59,414 nucleotides of DNA from Raillietiella orientalis (taxonomy: Eukaryota): NCBI GenBank assembly GCA_036172245.1, contig JAYWIR010000154.1, positions 1 through 59,414 on the forward strand. The letters run 5' to 3'. The stretch's first letter is position 1. Each line of letters starts with the position of its first letter. The notes below the pieces were generated by a model. That model was not told the DNA's origin, did no database searches, and saw only the letters and a program-made list of their open reading frames with translations. This document shows, in pieces, positions 36,665 through 47,846 of the stretch. A program made the position numbers and the translations under genes.

Positions 36665-39600
36665 TTTTCACCCGGTTGCGCCGGGGCGTGTATTCTGTGG
36701 AATGAAACAAAGGTTGGCGGCTGACCAGGTGGTCCGTCCACGCACTGGTATACAAAATTAAGCCTGCCGGGTCAAGGGTTCGTATTCCGGCACGATCCAC
36801 CACGACGGCAAAGGGCCCAAGGACAAAATAAAAAATAAAAGAAAAAACAAGAAATATATAAAATCAATATCTGGGGGGCACGGGAAGGAATCACAGTCTG
36901 CTGGGGTCCGTTACATCCCTTGCAGCATGCCGGCAAGCTGTTTTTGAATGTTCGAATCCAGATGGATCCATTTTGTCGCCGTCCGCATAAATTCGGCTGC
37001 GCACTGCACGCACCCCTATCGCGAGGTCCTCCCGTTGCTTTGCTTCATGCAGCGACTATCCCGCGAAAGCAGCACAGAGCTGTATACGCGGCCGAGGGCC
37101 GAAGGGCTTCGCAAACGAAGAGGGATCTCATTGCGTCTCTGGGGTTGCCACATGGGTTACCGATTGCTGCGGCAAAACGGTTCTAAAGGGGCCGAAGAGC
37201 CACACAATCCAAGAGGAGGTGAGTGAGAGACTCTAGTTCTCCACACCTCGCACAATTAGGGTTCACCGCTCCCCAAGTCCAATGGTGTCGACGGGCGTTG
37301 CAGGGGAGTCCCCAATGCAGCACCTATAGCGCCGACTCCTGCTATTTTAAGGGGAGGGTGGAGGTGTTCATAAGCACCAGGGCTCACTTTTATTGTTCCC
37401 GCGGAACATTAAGCAGCTCGCTTCAGCGCAAAAGTCCAATATGGGTGGTAGTCCGGGCAGAGATTTCCCGTTTTCCATTCCCCGATTTTTTTTTTCTCTG
37501 TACCGTAGATTTTGATGTAAACATCCCATTTCGCGGCAGTGTTGCTGTTTAAATGTTTCGCGGGCAGAAACAGCATTGCAGCGAGGGGAGTTTTTCTTGC
37601 ACACGCTCGTTTTTGAGGGCTCTCCAGGACCTCTTGGAGCGTCAGTCGTTTATTTCGGGCGGAGAATTGTCTTTGCCCTTCTTGGGTGCGTTGCGAATGC
37701 GTTCTACACCGCTGCCCGTTCCGGCTGGAAAAACCTGTGGCCTTGGAACGGGCCCAACGCCGTCTCTACCTTTTGAAGGCAGCTTGACCACGCATCCGAA
37801 GGGAGATAATCACCCATCGGTAAACCGAGGTACTTGAAGTACCGTACCGTGGGAATCCCCAAACTGACCCAGTTCGGCTGCCCTGCCCAAGCCGCACCGA
37901 TTGGCATGGCGGACAACTTCGCCCTGTTGACCTCAAGCCCGAATCCCCGACTTAGCAGGTCGAAGAACTCCTCGACCGCCGATGCCGGGGTGGACATAGG
38001 AAGCAGCAGCAATAGGTCGTCCGCATATGCTGACACCGCGGGCGTACCGGGAAAGTCGCGCGGCAGGTGCGCTAGAGCTTTCCTGTACGCTCTCAGTACC
38101 AACTCGAAGTAGGTACTGAAGAGCAAGGGACTCAGGCTGTCTCCCTGCCGTATCCCGCGTCGCACCGGAACGCTGTGCACGGTGTGTCCACTGAAAAAGA
38201 TCCTGATCAGCGCGTCGCGCCATTAGAATCGCAGGTAGGTCAGAAAAGAGACCGGGAAGCCCAAGCGTTCCAGGAGTAACTGGAGGAGCCTCTGGTCGAC
38301 ACAGTCGAATGCTTTATGCAAATCGACTGCGACTGCGAGGGCTCCCTCCCCCCCCCAAAAATCCCATTTCCTAGCGGTCGACCTTCCGGAAGTCCAGTTG
38401 CCCATCCTGACCGTTTCCTGTTGGAGCGCGAGAAACATGCTGGCGAGGAACAGGTTGGCATCCATGCTTCGCCCGGGAACAGCATATGTGTGCTTCGGGC
38501 TAATGAAGCTTTCCGCTTACCGCCCCAAGCGTTCAGCCCACAATTTCGCCAGCAACTTGGAGTCCGCGTTTATCACGGTAATCGGCCGCCGGTTGCTCAT
38601 GCTCTGAAGGTTTCCTTCCTTAGGGAGGAGACCTACCTTTGCCGAACGAAACCAGGCGGGGACATCGCCCGTTTCGGGGATCAGCAAGATGAGTTTCTTC
38701 ATCAGAGTAGTGAGCTCTGCCGCAAAACATTGAAAAATTTATGCTGGCAGGCCATCCTACCCTGGAGCCATCCGCCTCTTGAGCTTTCCGATGGTCGAGA
38801 TGATCTCGCCCATCGTAAAAGGCTCGTCGAGGGACTTTCTATCTTCCTCCCCGATCGTCTGAGGGTCTTCCGGAAGAAGAAGTCGCTAGAAATTCCGTTC
38901 CGGTGCAGAGCGCGCGTACAGGGAGGAGTAGAATTTTTTTAATAAGCCTTTTACCTGGGCGGGGGCCGATTGCTTTGAGCCCTGTTCGTCCAGTAAGCTA
39001 GCCGACCCGGATTGCGACGCCTGCCTCTCGGCTGTCGCACGGTATTCGGCTAGCCTGCGTACGTCTGGTGTTCGCGCGTAACGTCGCGATTGTAAATACC
39101 ATCTCTCGTTACGCACGCTTCCACCAAACCCGGCAGGCAGGAGGTTCATAGGGAACTGGTCGCAAAAATTCCGGACCGAGCGCTTGAAGCGGTCCCAGTC
39201 CTGAAGCGTCAGCAAGCTGAAACCTCGTATGAATCCGCGGAGGTGCTCCGCGGCTTCTGCAAGTTTCAGCCAGTCCCCCGGTAAGCGCCACGCAGGTGAC
39301 GACGGACCTCTATCGCGTGGGCGCACCTCGAGTACGATCCGGTCATTGTTCGACAGTTCCCAAGGTAACTTGCCGCGCCTGCCCACGCGTGAGCATAGGC
39401 GCTGGTCAAGAAACACGTGATCTATGCTGTCGGCCATTTCCGGATCTCCCGCGAGCAAGTTGCGCCTGTGCATCTCTGCGCACAGCTCGTTCACGCGGTC
39501 CCGAAGTGTGTCGGACGCACCTGACAGCAGGTGCAGGTTAAAGTCACCTGCGATTAGGTGCGCCTTGCGCACTCCCGCTTCGTCCAGATATTCGCGCCTC

Positions 39601-41699
39601 AGGGTAAGGAAGAAATTTCTCCTTGCCTTTGCCCTTAGCGCGTCGCGGCCGCTTGGGGCGTACACGTTGGTAATGACCAGATCGATGGAGTCGGACTACC
39701 TGATGGTCAACTGCCCGACGGGACCGGCACTATCGAACCGTACACCCTTTGCCGCAGCCTTGACAGCTGGACGAAGCAGGAACGCGACATCGCAAGTTTT
39801 AATGGTGCCGCAACGCCACAGCAGCCGCCCACCCGAGATACGCTCGATCTGCGTTGCTTGATCTGCGGAGATCAAGTATATCTCTTGCAGCAGCATCTGG
39901 TCTAACGATGCCAAGGTGTAGGCCACGTCTCGTCTCTTGCCGTCGTCGCCTAGCCCGTTGACGTTCCAAGAGGCCATTCGCAGACGGCGGTAAGAAGTGA
40001 TTCCCGGCATTAAGGCTGGAAACGTGGCGTTGCAGCACCTGTCAGGGGACAGGTAGGAGGGACGAGTAAGGGGACCGCGTCCATCTCAGGCACTTGAAGC
40101 ACCTGGGACTCTACCCTTTCCCTACCTCTCGAGGAGAGTCCCCGGAGTTCCCCACTTTATTCGCACGCTCGCTTCCCTCAATTATCTCTCCCTTTTCCAC
40201 GGACGGGATTATTTTGCGGCTAGCCTTTTTCGTGCGAATGGCCTTTGGGCGGGAGACCGCAATGCCACAGGCTGTGTTTTCCGCCTCTGCGTCAGACTTC
40301 GGAATCTCCGACTTCTTGATCGAGGTCGGACGCCCTAAGGCCTTTTTCGTGGATTTAAGGGGACGCTGCAAGGACGCAACGAACTCCTCCGCTGCTCGCT
40401 CGAAGGCGACGTCGTTGAGCATGCGTTCAACGACGGACCCCACCGCCGGGTCGATAGCCTCCGGCATTAATTTGCCGGAGGGCTGAAAGTCGGCAGCGAC
40501 GAGTGCAATTTTGCCGCTCTTTTCGAACGCAGGAATGCGGTTCATGACGACAGAGCAGCGTTTGATAATTTCTCGACGCGGCAAACTCTCGTTGCGTTTG
40601 GCGACATTTTTTTTAGCTTCCTTGAGGCTTTTCTGCCTCTTGGATTTTACTACCTGGCATTGAGGTTCCTGGCCGTTCTCCTCGACCTTGTCCGAGTTTT
40701 CCAAGATCTCGGAGCCTACCTTCACCTGGGGAACGATAGTTGTTTTTCGAGCGGCGGCTATCTCTCGCGCTGCCTGAACTTCGCCACGCGCTTCTTCGCA
40801 TTCCGTGCGGAAGCGACGCGGAGTTCATTTTGCGGGCACACTGGAAGAGTGTGCCCGGGTTGCTTGCACTGCTTGCACTGCAAGTGGCGGCTTTTTTTTT
40901 TCAGGTAACCTGAAGTGCTGCAATGCCCGCAGAAATGCGGCTTACCGACATACCAGATGTCTACGGGTTCGCCCTTGACCTCCAGCTTGTTTGGTAGGGA
41001 GCAACCTTCGCGGACCGTGATGCGCGCGGAAGCCATACCGCAATTCATTAGATCGTACTCCCAATACGGAATCGGCCTTCTCCACAACGCGTGGACGGTT
41101 CCTAATTTAATTAATTCCTTTCGGACAGCTTCTTTGGCCATCCGGAAGGTGATTTCGAGGAGGTGGATCACGATAGATCTATCCACGGTGATCGGGAGGA
41201 GCCGGCGATTCCCTAAAGGAACAGGTGTACGGAGCAGACGCTGGGCAAGACTTGCTTCTTTGCAAATCACCTCAACGTACTGTCCACCACTCCTGATGGT
41301 CATCGCCAAGAGCTCCTTCTGGGGTACTTTGAGGGACTGCATCGCTTTCGAGAAAGCGCGTTCACTCTCAAAGGAGTAAAGGTTGCCTACCTTGTAGAGT
41401 AGAGGAAGATTGTACTTCTCCTCCAGGTGGGCTTTCAATTCTGCCGCAGCCGCTTGCGTTGACGCCGCAGCCACGGAACTCAGCTTCTCCCTAGCGAGGG
41501 AGTCGCTTCTGTGGGGCGGTTGCCCCCACATCCATTGATTTAGGAGGCGACATAGACGTCGTCCCATCCTTAACATTGGTGATGGTCCCAGGCATTGCTG
41601 CCTAGCCACCACCGAATCCGTTGGCACATTAAGAAAGAAAAGAAAAATCTAAAACGAAAAACGCTCAAGAGCGAAACTAAAAGCCGTCCGCTCTCGCTC
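36665..41699 (-). mobile_element. S17: element with both termini (internal deletion near 37600-37690), nested antisense in S16
   Basis: 5' GAGCGAGAGCGGACG 41699-41685; ORF1 ATG 41595 to TAA 40012-40010; ORF2 40010 to ~36891 (WNVNG, GDFN, IDH, DLHKAFD, RQGD, YADD); 3' motif 36669-36694. Confidence 0.92.
40008..40055 (-). promoter_or_regulatory. ORF1/ORF2 translational coupling signal: hairpin plus TAATG stop-start overlap
   Basis: ACCTGTC-CCCT-GACAGGT stem (40037-40054), 24-nt spacer, TAATG at 40012-40008; equivalents at five other junctions. Confidence 0.6.
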
Positions 41700-41793
41700 T
41701 TGGACTGGGACGATCTGAAAAGATCAGTCCACGAGTTCTGAAGCTGCTTCCCCTTGCGCCTGCTTCCCTGTGGCTCGGGGCAGGCGTGGCCAA
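41700..41793 (+). mobile_element. S16': resumption of S16 ORF2 after the S17 insertion
   Basis: Translates LDWDDLKRSVHEF*SCFPLRLLPCGSG, matching S9 ADWDHLKRSVPEFCDRFPLHLLPRSSG. Confidence 0.8.
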
Positions 41794-41795
41794 CA

Positions 41796-42942
41796 CGACC
41801 TGCTAAGCCGTGGGAATGGACTGCAGGTAAAGAAGGCAAAGTAGTCCGTGGTACCGGGAGTTGCAACGTGGGCTGGACGGCCTGACTGGATCCGCTTGGA
41901 TATTCCCACGGCCAGGTACCTGGAGTACCTGGGTGTGTGTGTTGGGAAAATTCTGCCTCGCAGAAGCCTGGTGAGGTCGTCTTCAAAAGGTAGAGTTGGC
42001 AATCGGCCCGTTCCTGGAAGGCAAGTTCCTTCTTCCGGAACGGGCCGCGGTGTGGAACGCGTTCGCTGCTCTCATCCTTCGCCCCCTGCTCTTTGTGTGC
42101 CTTTTCCCCGTGACTTGAAGAAAAGGACAAAAGACCTTCTTCGCATCGCCCTCTGGGGCATCGGGAGGCCACGAGCGCTTTTTAAGAACATATGCGCTCC
42201 TCGTCGTGACGGAGGCCTTGGCCTCCTGAAGTTGGAGCGCCTGGACATACAGCTGCTATAGCGCACCCTCGCCATCGCAGCAAAGCCATGGAACACCCCG
42301 TTGTGCGCTCCGTCCCATATCCTCGCCAGCCGTGTATCCTGGACGCAAGGACTCGCGACTTTCCTTCTGTGCCCCGGCCGGAATGTCAGGAGATGCGGCC
42401 TTATCCTTGGACGCATTGGAACTCTAGTGAGAAAATACGGCTGGACTAAATGCAGCCCCGCCAACTTCTTGAGGAATCCGTTGCGACGTGGACCAAGCTG
42501 AACAATCCAGGAACCGAGAATTGGAACCGCTTGCGATTCGGTTCCATCGCCTGCTGCACCCTACGGAGCACTCTGAAGTGTTCCGCCAGCAGCACGTCGG
42601 TGGAGACAACCCCTTTAGCTTCGACGCTGCCCTTTCTTCGGAGGGCTTTAACCAGCGGTAGGATGCCAAAGTGGCAAGTCTTCTGCCGAATCGCATAAAA
42701 GGAAAAAAAGATGAGCGGTTGGACCATGGGAGAACTAGCAGCCGCCACCACCCCTAGTGCCCTCTCGCGTGGACTTTCGAGATAGGGTGAGCTGCTCGGT
42801 ATCCCGACGGATGACCTGATGTGGCCCCCAGTTCTCATCGGTTCCAGGCTTTTTTCTCGGAAGTGGCAAGGGACGGCGCGCTGCTGCTGTTGCACTGCGG
42901 TCTACCCTGCAACGCGCGCCGCTTCCACTGGACGCGGGGAAG
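41796..42942 (+). mobile_element. S18: ORF2 fragment (late RT to start of the CCHC region)
   Basis: DLLSRG, DWIRL, EYLG, CAPRRDGGLG, LPCNARRFH. Confidence 0.88.
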
Positions 42943-45849
42943 TTTTCTCCCGGTCACGCCGGTGCGTTTATTAAAAAACACTTTACATTTGCGGTACTAG
43001 GCCCCGCTACGGCCAATATTTCATGGGTCCATCCAGAAATCCGGTTCTCAGGCCAGCCTGTCCTCCTCGGCAGCGGAGGGGATAGGGGGTAAAACAAAAA
43101 GAAAAATAAATGAAATAACAAAAAGAAACTATTTGATAGGCCGGATAGGAATCACAACCCGCTATAGGAAGAGACTATGCTTTCCTGGATGCCCTCGAGG
43201 TCCCTCGTCATAGCTCCCAGATGGGACCAGCCGATCGCGATTCGCAGGCATCGACTACCGTGTACGATGAGATCCCTGTCGCTGCTTCCTCTGTTGGCTG
43301 CGCTCCACGCGGTCACAATCCCTCGGAGGCAGCAAAGTGCTGCCAGGGCTGAGGCTGGTGTCAAGGCGTGTCGCAGGAAGAGGAGCCTCATAACGTCTCT
43401 GATGGTGCTGCCTACGGGCACTGAAAGGTTCGTTGAAAGACGTTCCCACAAGGGCCGGAGGGCAGCGCAGTCCACTAACAGATGGGGGAGTGATTCCTTC
43501 TCCCTGTACACTGCACAGATCGGATGAACATACCCCCACGTCCAGTGTTGGCGGCGCCCGTTGCAAGGAAGACTTCAGTGCAACAACAACAGCGCCGTTT
43601 CCTGCCACTTTAGGGGGAGGATAAATGAATCAATGAACGTCGGGGGCGACTCTAGGTCATACATCGGGATGCCAAGCAGCTCGCCCCATCTCCGTAGTGT
43701 ATGCGGGTTAACTCTTGGGGTCGAGGTTTCAACCAGATCTTTCATGGTCCACCCAGTCAGATCCTTCTCTTTGCCCGCTATCCGCAGGAGACTTGCCATC
43801 TAGGATTCCGGATATTTTGGAGCGCCCTCCGTAGGAAGGGTAACGCCGTGGCCAGTGGGGTCGTCTCCGCCCAAGTTCTTCTGGCGGGACACACGTTCAT
43901 GTTCCGCAGCGTGCAGCGGGTGTAGATGCCGGTACGCAGGCCGTTGCAGGATTCTTCACTGATATTGTTTATCTTTGCCCACGTTCCAACTGTTTTTTCC
44001 AGCCATGCGCTAGAGTTGGCGGGGCTGCAGGTCATCCACGCTTTCTCCTTTGCCAGAGTGGCCATGCGTCCCAGGAGAACTACGCACCTTCTTATTTTCC
44101 GGCAGGGGCACAGATGAAAAGACGCGAGTCCTTCAGTCCCGGACACACGTCTGGCAAGAAGGTGGGCTGGAACGCACCAAGGGGTGTTCCACATTTTCGC
44201 TGCGATGGCTAGAGTGCCCCACCGCAGCTGTGTTTCCATTCGCTACATCGTCAGGACGCTAAGACCTCCGTCCCGATGTGGAGCGCACAAATACTTTAAA
44301 GGCACACGAGGCCTTTCGCCGCATCTCAGGGCGATGCGTAGGAGGTCCTTTGTTCTTTTTTTCAGTTCACGGTAACGGTGCAAACAAAAAGCAGAGGGCG
44401 AAGAAGGGGAGCCGCGAACGCGTTCCACACCGCGGTCCGTTCCGGCAAGTGAAGCTTGCCTTCCAGGAACGGGCCGATCGCTGACTCCACTTTTTGGAGA
44501 CAACCTGACCAGGCTTTCGACTAGCAGTAGTCCCCCAATGGAACTTCGAGGTACTTCAAGTACCTCCCCGTGGGGAACCCCAAGCGAATCCTGTCAGGCC
44601 GTCCAACCCACGTCGCACCAGCGGCTACCACCGATGACGTCGCCTCATTTACCCGTAGTCCAGTCCCGCGACTTAGCAGATCGAAGAAATCCTCGTCTGC
44701 GTGTGCCGGGGCGGTCATGGGCAAAAGGAGCAAAAGACAATCGGCGTAAGCCGCTACGGCCGGCGTACCTGGACACGAGCTTGGCAGGGCATCCAATGTC
44801 ACCCTGTATGCTCTCAGCACCAGTTTGAAATAGCTGCTAAAGAGCAGGGAAATCAGGCTGTCGCTCTGCCAGATGTTACGCCTCACCAGCATGCCGAACA
44901 CGTGCTGTCCTCTGAAAAACAAGTTATTGAACGCATTGCCCCAGCAGGCGCGCAGGTAAGCCAGTGAAGTGTCCGGGAAGCCCATGCGAACCAGGAGCCT
45001 CAGAAGGAGTTCCTGGTCCACGCAATCGAACGCTTTGTGCAGATCGTCTGCGATCGCTAGAGCTTCCTTTTCTTCCCGGTCGTCCCTTACTTGCTGCGCT
45101 GGCACTCATTAATCAGGTTTGTCTACATTCCGTTCTTTTTCCAAAGTTTTCTCGCGTTGCAAATGGAACCATGTGCTGGCGAAGAACAGGTTCGCTTCTA
45201 TGCTTCGTCCGGGAACAGCGTATGTCTGTTCCGGGCTGACGAAGCTGTCAACTACCTGTCCCAGTCGCGTAGCGCACAGTCCAGCCAGCAGCTTGGCGTC
45301 CGTGTTCACAATCGTGAATGGACGCCAGTTGCATAATTTTCTGAGGTCTTCTCCCTTAGGAAGGAGCCTACATCTGGCTGACCGGAACGAGGCGGGAACA
45401 TCGCCTCTGTTTCGGATCAGACTTGTTAATTGGAGCACCAGGGGGATCAGCTCTGCCGCGAAGCTCTGAAAGAACTCCGCCGGCAGGCCGTCCTCCCGTG
45501 GCGCCTTACGCCTCTTGAGCCTTTTAATAGCAGTGATAATTTCACCGGTCGTAAAAGGCTCTTCGAGGCTTTCTTTCTTCTCCTTCCTATGGCCGGGGCT
45601 CCATCTGGGAGCAAGCGCCGCGAGACGTCCCACTTCGCAGGTTCCCTGGCGTAATCGGAGGAGTGAAATCCACGCACAAGGCGACGCATCGATGACGGGT
45701 GCGAGTATTCCTGGTCCTGGTCGTCCAGCACGCTGGGCGGCCTGGATTGCCAGGCTTGACGCTCGGCCCCGGCTTTGTACCTGGCCAAGCGACGGATGTC
45801 AGCGGTCCTCGCGAAACGACGGGCGTGCAAGTACGCCCTTTTGTTACGA
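42943..45849 (-). mobile_element. S19: 3' part of an element (linker, RT, CCHC, intact 3' end)
   Basis: ORFs 45109..45633, 44521..45105, 43778..44239, 43152..43511; terminal motif 42947-42972. Confidence 0.92.
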
Positions 45850-47846
45850 AAGGACGTGTTTTTCCTTTGCTCTGTCAACAAGTACCGGGAAGCGGTTTCT
45901 TCTTGGGAAGTGTGTGTTTTTTCACATCGTAGGTGTCCGATGGCATAGCTGCCAGAGGACATTACGATGGAGGTGGGCATGGGGAAGGCTAGTCCCCCCC
46001 ACGCCCTACTGTATCAGGGGCATCCGTTTCGGAATCATCCCTGGCAACGCCGAGGACGTGGAGCGCCATGGTGGCCGCGTCGAGCGCGGAAACCTTGTCG
46101 GAGCAAGCGGCCTACAGGGCCTCCGGCTATAAACCATCTCTGGTTTATAAGGTAGGACCCCTGTTCGATGGTCGCACTTCCCGTGCACTTAGTAGGGCAC
46201 TGCAGGATTTCCCTGTTCGAGAGGAGGATCTTGACGGCCTCTCCGTACTCAGCGGGGGGCAGCGCGTGGAGGTCGTCTGCAAAGACGTAGCCTTAACACA
46301 GCGCCTGATAAACACCCCGCTGAATGCGGATGGTTGGAAAATCCTATCGGTTAGCATGGACCGCTCCGTAGTGGTCCATCTAACCGGAATCACAAATCGG
46401 ATGACGCGCTCGACGTTCAATTCCGAGTTGATGAAATACGGAGAGGTACACACGTTGTGGCCAAGGCCCACCATCTTCGAAGGCTTTCATAGCCATTTCG
46501 GAGGTCAGGCTGCAGCGCGTGTCACTGTCAATGAGAATGCTGGGTTGCCCCACAAACTGGAGGTCGCGAAGGAATCCGTCGACCTCTTGTACGTGGGGAA
46601 ACCCCGCTTTTGTGGCTACTGCAATGCAGTAGGGCACTTGCGCAAGCGGTGCCCGTACATTAAGTGCCACTTGTGCGGGGTTAAGGGACACGTGCGTCAT
46701 GTGAGCCCTAAACTCTCCACCCCGGTGTCATCTGCTGCCAAAAAGGCGTTGGCCAAAAAAATGAACAAGGTCGAAAGACCTAAGCGAAAAACTGGCCGGC
46801 CTCAGCCGCCATCTCCTCTTCTTCTCACCCAGGCGTCGGAGGATAAAGCCGCAAAAGACGCGGGAGTGGAGGAGGGATGGCACCTGGTAAAGGCCAGGAA
46901 GGAGAAACAAGTGGTGAAAGAACCACTGAAGAAAACGGAGAAAAAGAACACGGCCGGCAAAAAGAATGAAGCCGCGCCGCTGTCAAAAAAACTCCGCGAG
47001 TGCTTGGTAGCACTGGATCGCGTGAGCGTTCCTGAGGCTGCCACCCGGGCCGACGAGCCTCCCCTCGCGGTTTCCACCACGCTCGAGGTTCCACAAGCGC
47101 GCGCCGACGGCGAGGACGCCGCCTTAGCGAAGGCGACGGAGGAGCTCGCGGTCACGCTGGCCGAGCGTGAGAACCCCCCACGCAAGGCCGTGCGCAGGCC
47201 GGCTCCGTCAAAGAAGGCCCACGGAGGTGAGTTCGACCTGGGGGCCGGAAGTGCATCCTCCTCCTCGGAGGCACCCCCCCGAAAGACGGGACGTAAATCC
47301 CAAAAACCGAGGAGGCGCCTCCCCTCCACGAGCGAGGAGGAGAAGCCGGAAGCCGACGCCAGCGTGTGAAACCCGGAGGTAAAATTCCTATGCACGGAAG
47401 CCGTCGAGCAGACCACTCCCATAAAGGAGGTTGAACAGGGGGCCAAAGTCCTCCCTGTAGTCGCCGAACCTGAACAGCCCGCCCCCATGGAGGAGTGCGA
47501 ACAGGGAGGCGCGACCCAACCTGAGGGTGAACCGGCCGACGCGCCGTTACCCATGGAGGAGGGCGACCAGGTACCTTCAGCACCTGACCCTCCCCCTCTA
47601 CCTAGCGTCCCGCCCCAACAGGTATAGGACGTCGGACAGCCAATTTCCCAGGAATAACACCTGGGCTCGCCTGTCGCCGTCGGATCCGCGTGGGCAGTTG
47701 GAACGTCAACTGGCTGCGCGACGACGGCAACAGAAGAGATAACGCCGACACCCTGCATGACTTCGACCTGGCCCTGCTGCAGGAGATCCACGTGATCACC
47801 GCGGCAGACGTCCAGGAGATCGCAACGATCGCTGGGGGGCGGTTGT
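45850..47846 (+). mobile_element. S20: 5'UTR, ORF1 (45940-47657) and start of the ORF2 EN; close relative of S1
   Basis: GGACGTGTTTTT at 45852; ORF 46068..47369 (CGYCNAVGHLRKRC); WNVN..LLQEIH..AGGRL. Confidence 0.92.

Noticed and set aside
41685..41720. Apparent Inr (TCAGAT, +1 at 41716) with GGACG at exactly +28 to +32 for S17
   Set aside because: 41700 onward is host S16 coding sequence on the other strand (LDWDDLKRSV), so the Inr match is not part of the element.
42988..43015. TTGCGGTAC..GGCCCC..CGGCC (also ~49956-49981) resembling the U2 snRNA 3' stem-loop, a known Tx1/Keno target gene
   Set aside because: It is the antisense of element 3'UTR (matches ~21895-21925), and no other U2 sequence is present.
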